Shown here: positions 56,781 to 64,000 of the stretch, piece after piece
Position numbering within the stretch: the first letter of the stretch is position 1
Layout of the letters: every line of letters starts with the position of its first letter
NCBI GenBank assembly: GCA_017532725.1
Contig: JAFXIZ010000016.1
Coordinates: forward strand, 43,317-107,316
DNA length: 64,000 nt
Reading direction: 5' to 3'
Source: Bacteroidaceae bacterium
GTDB taxonomy: Bacteria > Bacteroidota > Bacteroidia > Bacteroidales > Barnesiellaceae_A
Program-made: the position numbers and the translations under genes
Notes under the pieces: model-generated
Database searches by the model: none
Told to the model about the DNA's origin: nothing
The model's input: only the letters and a program-made list of their open reading frames with translations

Positions 56781-57165
56781 AGTGTGATTAACGAATAGAG
56801 CGTTATCACACTCCACACGAGTTGTGTGGACCCCATACAATAGGATTAAGGTAAAGATTGGTTTTATCATCACACTGAATTAGGTTAATAGGTTTTTAAG
56901 GTTAGATTGTTATTAGATAGGTAAATTTGATTGTTTGTAAGGTTTTTGATAGATTAAGTGTAAAAAGATTGTGGTTAGTATGAAGGGTTCCCGCCGTGAG
57001 GTGGATGACCTATAAAGCCGAAAGGCACGATTGGAGGTTGCAGTTTGACTGCAACCTCCGGAGAGAGCAAGAAACTCTTTCCTCAGAATACGCAAAGGAG
57101 AATGTCGTGAGATGTTCTCCTTTGTTGCTTTATATACCGACATCAAGATGTGGGGGGCTTGTCGG
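56781..57165 (+). ncRNA. candidate structured non-coding RNA of unrecognised family
   Basis: A chain of hairpins read by hand. 56781-56812: AGTGTGATTAACG/CGTTATCACACT. 56813-56829: CCACAC/GTGTGG. 56991-57004: CCGCC-GTGA-GGTGG. 57017-57026: GCC-GAAA-GGC. 57033-57059: GGAGGTTGCAG/CTGCAACCTCC. 57060-57082: GGAGAGAG/CTCTTTCC. 57094-57123: AAAGGAGAA/TTCTCCTTT. 57137-57165: CCGACA/TGTCGG. GNRA loops appear only on the plus strand. I saw no coding signal. Boundaries are approximate. Confidence 0.35.
56847..56971. repeat. degenerate direct repeats T(A)AGGT-N(1-6)-GATT(G/A) inside a C-free tract
   Basis: T(A)AGGT starts at 56847, 56881, 56889, 56897, 56918 and 56938. GATTG is at 56856, 56904, 56929 and 56967. 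Composite units are TAAGGTAAAGATTG (56847-60), TAAGGTTAGATTG (56897-908), TAGGTAAATTTGATTG (56918-33) and TAAGGTTTTTGATAGATTA (56938-56). There is no C on the plus strand from 56876 to 56989. Confidence 0.4.
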
Positions 57166-57390
57166 GACTTATGGCTTGTTGGTCGCAATGTGGCTTATAG
57201 ATTGTAAAATTCCGGTGACTATACTATTACCTGTTGCACGTTGTGGTGGTGCGCAGCCAACTGATGATTTATAGGCTTATTGATCAAAATTAGTAGGTAA
57301 AATCGGTGCAATCTGTTGATTTTTATATATTTGCACGATTTGCATTGGAAATGGATAAAAGGTTTGACCAAAATATGATAAGGCAATGAT

Positions 57391-57439
57391 ACATACACAA
57401 CGAGCAGCCACGGTGTTAGTGACTGCTCGTTGTGTATGT
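57391..57439. terminator. 17-bp perfect hairpin just downstream of the HTH gene
   Basis: ACATACACAACGAGCAG (57391-57407) pairs with CTGCTCGTTGTGTATGT (57423-57439). It lies 15 nt after the HTH gene stop (57454) on the minus strand and directly after a 12-codon mini-ORF on the plus strand. Confidence 0.5.
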
Positions 57440-57453
57440 GAGGTAAAACTCTT

Positions 57454-57873
57454 TTATAATTTACCTAAATCTATATCGAAATGTTGTGCTATCTTGCGTT
57501 CGATGCCTTGATTGATGGCAATCTGTGTGCGCATATAGTCGAGTTGGCTTATGAGTAGGTCTATCTTTTCGTGTTGTTTTTTGATAGTTGTCTCCAGAGT
57601 TGATATCTTTTCGTTGATGATTTGTTGCCCTTGTAGGGGTTGCAGTTCTTTGTTTACAAGCATCTCTCCCTTGCCAAGCAGCAGCCACGATGGGTTTAAC
57701 TCTGGGTAGGTATTTAGTATCTTTACTATGCTTTCGTACGACAAGCCTTTACCACTGCGGCGTTGTTTGCCTAACGTTCCTACGGCAATGTGCGTTTGTA
57801 CGGTGATTTTGTTGTCGTTTAGCCCCTTGTATTGCATAAACTTGTCAAGCCGGCTGAATAGTGTGTCTTCCAT
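57454..57873 (-). CDS. helix-turn-helix DNA-binding protein with C-terminal coiled coil
   Basis: N-terminal HTH (LNDNKITVQTHIAVGTLGKQRRSGKGLSYESIVKILNTYPELNPSWLLLGKGEM) resembles the CI-repressor-like HTH proteins common in Bacteroidales. The C-terminal half is heptad-like (ISTLETTIKKQHEKIDLLISQLDYMRTQI). It has its own promoter box, minus-strand TATCTTTG at 57906-57913. Confidence 0.7.
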   Translation of the reverse strand: MEDTLFSRLDKFMQYKGLNDNKITVQTHIAVGTLGKQRRSGKGLSYESIVKILNTYPELNPSWLLLGKGEMLVNKELQPLQGQQIINEKISTLETTIKKQHEKIDLLISQLDYMRTQIAINQGIERKIAQHFDIDLGKL

Positions 57874-57943
57874 TATTCCTTTTCGTTAATTTGGGATTTA
57901 TATCGCAAAGATAATTACATTTGCCGATTTTAAAAGCATTTAT

Positions 57944-57985
57944 TTAAAAAAATACAGGGTCGATACATAGATGTATCGACCCTGT
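57944..57985 (-). terminator. intrinsic terminator after the GH13 gene
   Basis: ACAGGGTCGATACAT (57954-57968) pairs with ATGTATCGACCCTGT (57971-57985), a 15-bp perfect stem. On the minus strand it is followed by ATTTTTTT. Confidence 0.7.
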
Positions 57986-58008
57986 TGTATTATATTAACC
58001 GTGCTATG

Positions 58009-60807
58009 TTATTTCTTGATAAATTTCACGCTTTGGCTGTCGTTGCCGTTGGTGATGTTCAAGATATACATTCCCGAGGGGAGGTCGCGTACCTCAACAC
58101 AGTTGCCTTCGGCTTGTCTTACCAAGTTACCGGCTACGTTGTAGATTGACAACTCGCCTTGAGCGTTGGTATATACATAGTCGCTTGCAGGGTTGGGATA
58201 TACGCTATATTCCACCTTGTCGGCTACGGCGTCCTCAACACCTGTTACCTCGAAGTTGGTGTAGATAACGCAACTATGAGCAGGTACCGATTGGCTGTAG
58301 GTTGTGCTGCTTACTTGTATAGTTTCGTCGGTAAGCAAGTTGGTCCAAGTTCCGGTTTTGGGGAATGTGAGTGTGTAGTTACCTGCGCTGTTAGTGAGGT
58401 TGATGGCTACTACAACGCTCTTGTTGCCGTCTTTGCTGGTAAGTGTTACGAAACGACCGTTGGTCCAATCGCTTTCGTTCAACTTGTAGGTGAAAGTAGC
58501 ATCGGTGGTAAAGAGTTCGGCGTGGTAGTTACGCAAAGTATTCAACTTGGCGTATGCCATCCACAGACGGTGACGCTCGGGATCTTGAGCATACTCCCAT
58601 TTTACGGGTTTCTCGGCTGTACGGTCGCCGTTATAGTTGATGCTATAGTCGTAGCCAAGTTCACCAAATTGCCATATCATCTTAGGACCGGGAACGGTGA
58701 GGAATTGGGCAACGTTGGCAATTGCTTGATCCATACGAGTAGCAAGATTGGTGTCAACGTTGTCGTAGAGCATATTATCATCGCTACCGTTTGAGTTGCT
58801 ATCTTTGATACCACTCACACCCCATTTGGCTGCTTTGTATGTTGTGCGCTCTTCGTCGTGGCTCTCCATATAACCTACCAAGCCGTTCTTGGGCATATTG
58901 CTACCGTTGGCATACACTGAGGCAACAGCGCTTTGCGATTGGTAACCCATAGCCGATTGGCAGTAAGCGTTGTTCATATTTCTCCAGCATATCATACCGT
59001 CTTGAGCCAAAACTTTCTCTTCGCTTTCGGCGCAGAGGTGTTCAAGAATCATACAAGCGTCGGGACGTACTGCCTTGATAGCAGCGTTGTACTCTTTGAG
59101 GATATTGATACGGCTTTGGTCGTAGTTGCTGGCTGTGCTTTCGGTGCATTTACGGTTGGTGAAACCTTTTGTCAAGTCGAAACGGAAACCATCAATCTTG
59201 TACTCTTCGAGCAAGTAAACGAGGTTGCGTTTGATGTACTCTTTCACCTCGGGTACTTCGTGGTTGAAGTCGTGGAATACGCTGAAGGGGTGGGGTGCAT
59301 CTACGTTAAACCAAGGGTTGTTGGCCGATGTCTTGTTGTTGGCGCTGTCCCACCACAATTTACAGTAGGGGAAGTTACCTGTAGCGTGGTTATATACTAC
59401 GTCGAAGAATACGGCAATACCCAATTTGTGGCACTCGTCGATAAACTTGCGATAGTCTTCATCAGTACCATAAGCCTTGTCGAGAGCGTAGAAGTATGCA
59501 GGGTTGTAACCCCAACTGAGGTTACCGTCAAACTCTTGTACGGGCATCAACTCGATGGCGTTTACGCCGAGGCTTTGCAAGTAGGGGAGTTTCTCCATTG
59601 CTGCCTTCAACGACTTTTGTGTAGTGAAGTCACGAAGCAAAAGTTCGTAGATAACGAGGTTGTCGCGATTCTTAACAGTAAAATCGGTTACCTCCCACTT
59701 GTAGTCCGAGCCTGTTGTTTTGAATACAGTAGCAGGTTGTTCCCACGCTTTAGCAGGGAATTCGCGCAAGTTGGGATATACGTTTTTGTCTATCCATTTG
59801 TCGTTCCAGGGGTCGAGAATCTTGGTTGAGTAGGGGTCGGCAAAACGGATGGCGTTGCCACTCTTGGGAATAACGTGGTATTGGAAGGCATACTCTTTGC
59901 CGGGCTCAAGGCCGTTAATGGTTATCCACCAGCATTTGTTGGTGTTATCACGTTTCATCAAGTAGTCGCTCTTGATGTCCCAGTCGGTGTTGTCACCTAC
60001 CCAGAATACGCACTCGCTGTATGCACCGTTCTTATCGCAGTCGAAGAGAACGAATGTAACAGTGTTATCGTTGATGATGTTGATGCCCTCTTTAGTACCT
60101 GCAGGGCGAGTTTCGTTTACCACAGCACCACGCGCTGTAACTTTGGCTGAGACTTCGTGGTTTTCGCTTGCTGTAGTGGCTTTGGCTGTGAAAGTATAGT
60201 CGCCTTGCTTGGCAAATGTATAGTTTTGCTTGAGGGTCTTGCTACCTTTGGCAGTAAATGTTTCAGTGCCGTTAGGGCCTGTAACAGTGAGGGTGATGTC
60301 GGATGCTTTAGTAGCGTTAACAACAACATCGATAGCCTTACCGGCTTCAACGATACCCGATGAGGGAAGACCGGCTATCTCGCAGTAGAGAGCAGCATCT
60401 TGGCACTCAAGGTAGAAGTCGGGTTTGGTTTGTTTAGTACCATCGGCGTTGCGAACAACAACACCAATCTTGTTTATGGCAATAGTAGCGCCAAAGTAAT
60501 CGCGTACGGTGGGACCCATAACGAGTTTCCAAGAGCCGTCGCTTTGTTTGGTCATTTTGTATTTCTCGCTATTGTCGCACCATTTTGATGGGCTGTTTTG
60601 CCAAGTGTCGGTTTCGTCCAATACACCAATGTGTACGTACAGTTCATCGTTAGCACCGAAAATCTTATTGGTGTCTTTCCAAATGAAGGTTCCTTCTTTG
60701 TCGGCGTTGAGGGGGCTGGGATCGGTAGAGTAAGTACCTGTTCCTTGTGCCCAACAACTCAATGCGGCGAAGATTGTAGCAACTAATAGTAAAAATCTCT
60801 TTTGCAT
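58009..60807 (-). CDS. GH13 alpha-amylase family glycoside hydrolase with N-terminal Ig/CBM-like domains and T9SS CTD
   Basis: GH13 conserved regions FDVVYNH, DGFRFDLTKG, MILEHL and YMESHDE. Signal peptide MQKRFLLLVATIFAALSCWAQG. The C-terminus YSVYPNPASDYVYTNAQGELSIYNVAGNLVRQAEGNCVEVRDLPSGMYILNITNGNDSQSVKFIKK is a canonical type A CTD. Confidence 0.85.
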   Translation of the reverse strand: MQKRFLLLVATIFAALSCWAQGTGTYSTDPSPLNADKEGTFIWKDTNKIFGANDELYVHIGVLDETDTWQNSPSKWCDNSEKYKMTKQSDGSWKLVMGPTVRDYFGATIAINKIGVVVRNADGTKQTKPDFYLECQDAALYCEIAGLPSSGIVEAGKAIDVVVNATKASDITLTVTGPNGTETFTAKGSKTLKQNYTFAKQGDYTFTAKATTASENHEVSAKVTARGAVVNETRPAGTKEGINIINDNTVTFVLFDCDKNGAYSECVFWVGDNTDWDIKSDYLMKRDNTNKCWWITINGLEPGKEYAFQYHVIPKSGNAIRFADPYSTKILDPWNDKWIDKNVYPNLREFPAKAWEQPATVFKTTGSDYKWEVTDFTVKNRDNLVIYELLLRDFTTQKSLKAAMEKLPYLQSLGVNAIELMPVQEFDGNLSWGYNPAYFYALDKAYGTDEDYRKFIDECHKLGIAVFFDVVYNHATGNFPYCKLWWDSANNKTSANNPWFNVDAPHPFSVFHDFNHEVPEVKEYIKRNLVYLLEEYKIDGFRFDLTKGFTNRKCTESTASNYDQSRINILKEYNAAIKAVRPDACMILEHLCAESEEKVLAQDGMICWRNMNNAYCQSAMGYQSQSAVASVYANGSNMPKNGLVGYMESHDEERTTYKAAKWGVSGIKDSNSNGSDDNMLYDNVDTNLATRMDQAIANVAQFLTVPGPKMIWQFGELGYDYSINYNGDRTAEKPVKWEYAQDPERHRLWMAYAKLNTLRNYHAELFTTDATFTYKLNESDWTNGRFVTLTSKDGNKSVVVAINLTNSAGNYTLTFPKTGTWTNLLTDETIQVSSTTYSQSVPAHSCVIYTNFEVTGVEDAVADKVEYSVYPNPASDYVYTNAQGELSIYNVAGNLVRQAEGNCVEVRDLPSGMYILNITNGNDSQSVKFIKK

Positions 60808-60906
60808 AGTTGTAATTCTTTAAAGATTCTTTTTTAAACAACAAGGTGGCATACTCACATTTTAGGGGTATGCCGCCTTGTTTATGTTGTATACATTACT
60901 CTATGA

Positions 60907-62367
60907 TTAGAGTTTTGTAACAGTGTAGTAAGGAGCCTGAGCGCAGAAGTAGAAACGTACTTCATAGTCGCCTGCTTCATCAACTTTAAAGTTAGCACCG
61001 TCGCGAGCGAGTGTGCCGTCGCCTGCACCTGCATCACCGAAGTTGATAGCCCAATCTTCGTTGGCACGAATCTTGAACTCAGCACCGGCTTCCAATGTAA
61101 CTGTTGCTACCAAGTAGTCCATACCTGCCTCTGCTGAGAGAGTCATAGGAACATCGGGAGCACCCCAGCCGTTGAAACTACCTACAAGACCCCAAGTGTT
61201 CACTGTGTTGATGATATTGAGAGTCAAGTTAGTAGCATCGAAAGAAACCTCATAACTGAATGCGCTGTATTGAGTGATGTTACCAGCACCACCGTCGGTA
61301 GAGAGGAGCATCGAGGGAGCCTCGGCAGCAGCCTCTTCGCCGGCACCGTAGTTAGTACCGTTCCAGTCGGCTTGAGTAGAAATCTTCCAACCGTTAGCAC
61401 CTGCACCGTTCAATACGATCCAACCTTGTGCGGGAGCACCTGCAACGCTGTAAAGACGTTGACCGTCTGTTTGGCTCCAACTACTGAAATCACCTACAAC
61501 GAAGTATTCGATTACATCGGGAACTACCTCAACAGTGTAAGTGTAAGCCTCCATATTAAGAGTTACCTTGTAGTTACCTGCCTCGGGGAATTGCATACAA
61601 CCTGCAGCCGAGTTGTTATCAGCGAGGTTACCTGTGAGGGCAGTATTTTGGTCAGCCTCTGTGTTACCAAGTACAGTATCCCACGAGTTGTTGTCGAGAG
61701 CCGATTGAGGAGCAACCTTCCAGTTTGTAGCACCTTCTACAGTAACTGTGATAGTGAAGATAGGATCTTCATACACGTCTTTACCACTGTGGCTGAAAGG
61801 CATAGTAGCAGCAGCAGCGAAATCCCATCCGGGAACATCACCGATGAGGTAGTATGCGCTCTCGATAGGAGTAGCAACGGGTGTAACTGTAGCAGCGATT
61901 ACGTTAGAGATGATAGTAAAGTTACGGCCTTCAACGGCTTTAACTTTAGCATCCAAACGTGTGCTGAAAGTATTGGGTTGAGGACGTTTGCCAAAGAGAG
62001 TTTGTACCTTAACGTTAAGGTCGGCTTTAGCAACTTTAGCAACGTTGCCTTCAACTGTTACGGGCACTTCAACAGCGTTTGCCATATCTTCGGCAGCAGC
62101 CATTTTGAGTGTGTACTCAAGTGTAGTACCTTCGGTCAATTCGGGAGTTGCGCTCAAGTCGATTGTGAACGCAGAGATTGAGTCGGCAGCATAAGTGTTC
62201 AAGTCGATTGCTTGAGCATACTCCTCAGCAGTGATAGCGATTGCTACAGTAGCAGCAGCCTCGGGATCGTAGCCTATAGGATCTTGTGCGGGCTCGATTT
62301 CGGGTGTACAAGCCGAGAAAGCTACCACACCTGCCAACAATGTGCTGAAAATCGATATTTTTTTCAT
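60907..62367 (-). CDS. SusF/SusE-family outer-membrane lipoprotein (starch-binding, CBM-like repeats)
   Basis: Lipoprotein signal MKKISIFSTLLAGVVAFSAC. Repeated beta-sandwich modules contain W...G..(Y)(K/E)V-type blocks (NWKVAPQSAL...AGNYKVTLNMEAYTYTVEV; GWKISTQADW...; EFKIRANEDWAINFG...GDYEVRFYF). Its position in the Sus-like locus also supports the call. Confidence 0.65.
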   Translation of the reverse strand: MKKISIFSTLLAGVVAFSACTPEIEPAQDPIGYDPEAAATVAIAITAEEYAQAIDLNTYAADSISAFTIDLSATPELTEGTTLEYTLKMAAAEDMANAVEVPVTVEGNVAKVAKADLNVKVQTLFGKRPQPNTFSTRLDAKVKAVEGRNFTIISNVIAATVTPVATPIESAYYLIGDVPGWDFAAAATMPFSHSGKDVYEDPIFTITVTVEGATNWKVAPQSALDNNSWDTVLGNTEADQNTALTGNLADNNSAAGCMQFPEAGNYKVTLNMEAYTYTVEVVPDVIEYFVVGDFSSWSQTDGQRLYSVAGAPAQGWIVLNGAGANGWKISTQADWNGTNYGAGEEAAAEAPSMLLSTDGGAGNITQYSAFSYEVSFDATNLTLNIINTVNTWGLVGSFNGWGAPDVPMTLSAEAGMDYLVATVTLEAGAEFKIRANEDWAINFGDAGAGDGTLARDGANFKVDEAGDYEVRFYFCAQAPYYTVTKL

Positions 62368-62451
62368 TTTATTTTCGATATTTAATGTTGTTTGTTGTGA
62401 GAATTGGGCGAGGCGATTGTCTCGCCCAATTCGTGATATATTCTCGGTCTA

Positions 62452-63621
62452 TTATTTCGCGAAGAAATAGTAGTTACCATCGAGGTCGTTGAATACTACG
62501 TTGTAAGTACCGGCCAATACCTTGATGTTGTTGCCCGACTTGATTGTCGAGTAGGGGAATGAATCACCACCCCAGTTTGCACTCCAAGATGAGTCGTTAC
62601 GGAACTTACCTTCGCAGTCTTCGGCAAATGTCATTTCGGCGAACCACACGTGCTTCATATTCATAGGAGTCATCACGATAGGATTTTCACCCCAGTTGTC
62701 GAATGAGCCTACAAACTCCATAGTAGCGTGCTCGGCAGGAGCAACGTCGGCTGCTTCAAACTTACCTTCGAACTTCTCTGAGTTTGCTGTAAGAGTGTAG
62801 TAACCACTTTCGGCTACAGTGATGTTGCCTGAACCACCATCGTTGAATACGAGGTTAGCACCGTCGTAACCTACTTGAACATCCCAACTACCGGGAGCGA
62901 GAACGAGTTTGTAACCCAAACCGGCCTCGAAGTAACCTGTGAATGTAAAGTCGCCGGCACCTGTTACGGTGTTGTAACTGTAACCATCTACCAAACTCAT
63001 AGGTATCATACCTGCCATAACACCGGCAGCGTCGTTTGACCAACTGTTGAAGTCACCTACAAAGTAGTAGGGAGCAGGAAGTGCATCAACCAAGAGCATA
63101 TAGTAGGGTTGTACACGCAATTTGAGTACATTTGAATAAGCATCCTTTACAATTTGCTCTTTGCTTGTAACAGATGCAGTCTTGTCAGAGAGGTGAGCGC
63201 GCAAGCGAACATAGATATCCATTTCGCCGGGGTTCTCGTTTACATTGTCACCTTGGAGCAAAGTGATACCTTTGTTTACCTCTTTGGTGTTCAATTCGAT
63301 TTTTTGTGCGCTACCGGCACCTTCGAGTTCTACAAATGTACCTTCTTCGAAAGTTTCGCCGAAACTAATTTGTGCGAAGTAAGTAGTAGCAGCGGTAAAA
63401 CCGTAGTCGGGTTGCTCGCGAATGTAGAGAGTCTCCATAACGTTGGCACCATTCTCTTCGCTCAATGTGTAAGTGTAACCGGCGTAGGCAGGCTCGTTAA
63501 CAGTGAATGTAAGTGTACCTTCTTCAGCAGCCGGGTTGATTGTTGTCATAGGATCTTCTTGGCAACCTGTGAGAAGTGCCAAACCCATGATTCCTGAAAT
63601 TATATAATTTAACTTTTTCAT
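62452..63621 (-). CDS. SusE-like outer-membrane lipoprotein
   Basis: Lipoprotein signal MKKLNYIISGIMGLALLTGC. The N-terminal SusE-type domain contains PDYGFTAATTYFAQISF, followed by CBM-like modules (GYKLVLAPGSWDVQVGY; GKFRNDSSWSANWGG...GTYNVVFND). It lies directly downstream of susD. Confidence 0.65.
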   Translation of the reverse strand: MKKLNYIISGIMGLALLTGCQEDPMTTINPAAEEGTLTFTVNEPAYAGYTYTLSEENGANVMETLYIREQPDYGFTAATTYFAQISFGETFEEGTFVELEGAGSAQKIELNTKEVNKGITLLQGDNVNENPGEMDIYVRLRAHLSDKTASVTSKEQIVKDAYSNVLKLRVQPYYMLLVDALPAPYYFVGDFNSWSNDAAGVMAGMIPMSLVDGYSYNTVTGAGDFTFTGYFEAGLGYKLVLAPGSWDVQVGYDGANLVFNDGGSGNITVAESGYYTLTANSEKFEGKFEAADVAPAEHATMEFVGSFDNWGENPIVMTPMNMKHVWFAEMTFAEDCEGKFRNDSSWSANWGGDSFPYSTIKSGNNIKVLAGTYNVVFNDLDGNYYFFAK

Positions 63622-63649
63622 ATTAAATCTCTTTTAAAAAAACAGTTGA

Positions 63650-64000
63650 TTAATAACCCGGGTTTTGTTCCAAGTTGCTGTTGGCATTTCTATCCGATAC
63701 AGGTATGGGAAGGATGTTGTACTTGGCATCAAATGCAGTACCGTTGGCTACGCCACCTTTCCAGTCCCAATTGTAATCGGTATTACCACCGAAACTGTTG
63801 AAACGTACCAAGTCGATACGACGACGACCTTCGAAGTAGAACTCACGGCTCCACTCGTCACGAAGCAATTCGAGAGTAAGGTTGCTTACTGTTTGAGCAT
63901 TGGCACGAGTACGGAGAGCGTTGAATTTCTCGATAGCAGCACCACTTTCACCCAAGCGGAATTTAGCCTCGGCATAGGTCAAGTAAGCCTCAGCAGCACG
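63650..64000 (-). CDS. susD: RagB/SusD family nutrient-binding outer-membrane lipoprotein, C-terminal part only (continues beyond the right edge)
   Basis: The frame is open to position 64000. The sequence ...EAYLTYAEAKFRLGESGAAIEKFNALRTRA...LLRDEWSREFYFEGRRRIDLVRF...ILPIPVSDRNANSNLEQNPGY is the conserved SusD C-terminal region (E.FEG.R..DL.R; P.P..e...N..l.QNPGY). Confidence 0.85.
   Translation of the reverse strand, partial: RAAEAYLTYAEAKFRLGESGAAIEKFNALRTRANAQTVSNLTLELLRDEWSREFYFEGRRRIDLVRFNSFGGNTDYNWDWKGGVANGTAFDAKYNILPIPVSDRNANSNLEQNPGY

Noticed and set aside
56913-57274. Track ORFs 56913-57188(-) and 56996-57274(+) inside the ORF-free island
   Set aside because: They overlap each other on opposite strands, are Arg/Ser/Cys/Leu-rich and have no signal or motif. 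Their sequence is better explained by the hairpin series. I treat the region as non-coding.
56540-57453. Known housekeeping RNAs (tmRNA, RNase P RNA, SRP/4.5S RNA) as the identity of the island
   Set aside because: There is no tRNA-like 3' end or tag reading frame. There is no GAGGAAAGTCC/ACAGAA-type RNase P block and no SRP domain IV motif. This is eye inspection only, so a covariance-model scan is still required.
1-64000. CRISPR arrays, IS elements, transposases, integrases, prophage genes and toxin-antitoxin pairs
   Set aside because: I found no regularly spaced direct repeats, no terminal inverted repeats flanking an ORF, and no recognisable recombinase, capsid or terminase motifs in any frame.

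Overview
This is a chromosomal segment from a Bacteroidota genome, most likely a Bacteroidales member that carries a type IX secretion system (T9SS). Three things support that placement. TAnnTTTG -7 promoter boxes sit upstream of most transcription units. A Sus-like starch locus occupies the right edge. porU and porV are present, along with many proteins ending in a T9SS C-terminal sorting domain (CTD).

I call 49 protein-coding genes (two cut by the window edges), one frameshifted outer-membrane gene and one tRNA-Pro(CGG). About two thirds are housekeeping: speA, mntP, prmA, mnmD, rplU-rpmA, recR, waaA, gltX, ogt, xseAB, mnmA, ispF, rex, yciH, mrp, pgi, gpsA and lysS. I saw no CRISPR array, transposase, integrase or IS end.

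The ORF track uses non-ATG starts and omits edge-truncated genes. I therefore added speA (1-1616, minus) by hand and trimmed several N-terminal extensions, using ATG position, promoter boxes and overlap with neighbours.

Most worth a second look:
1. A 0.9-kb ORF-free island between lysS and a solitary HTH gene. It has its own promoter box, a chain of stable hairpins (two with GNRA tetraloops on the plus strand only) and a 114-nt cytosine-free tract of degenerate T(A)AGGT...GATTG repeats. I read it as a candidate large non-coding RNA or protein-binding array that I cannot assign to a known family.
2. Two diverged but apparently catalytically intact PorU-type C25 sortase paralogs flanking rex and a FAH-family gene. 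rex heads a tightly packed unit containing porU-porV-ispF and a GT-C-like membrane protein.
3. A translationally coupled operon of a B12-binding radical SAM enzyme, a GT2 glycosyltransferase and a GNAT acetyltransferase.
4. Two adjacent large T9SS cargo proteins with internal module duplications and no recognisable catalytic domain.
5. A starch utilisation locus whose GH13 amylase carries a T9SS CTD.

All family assignments come from motifs I read in the translations. No database search was run.
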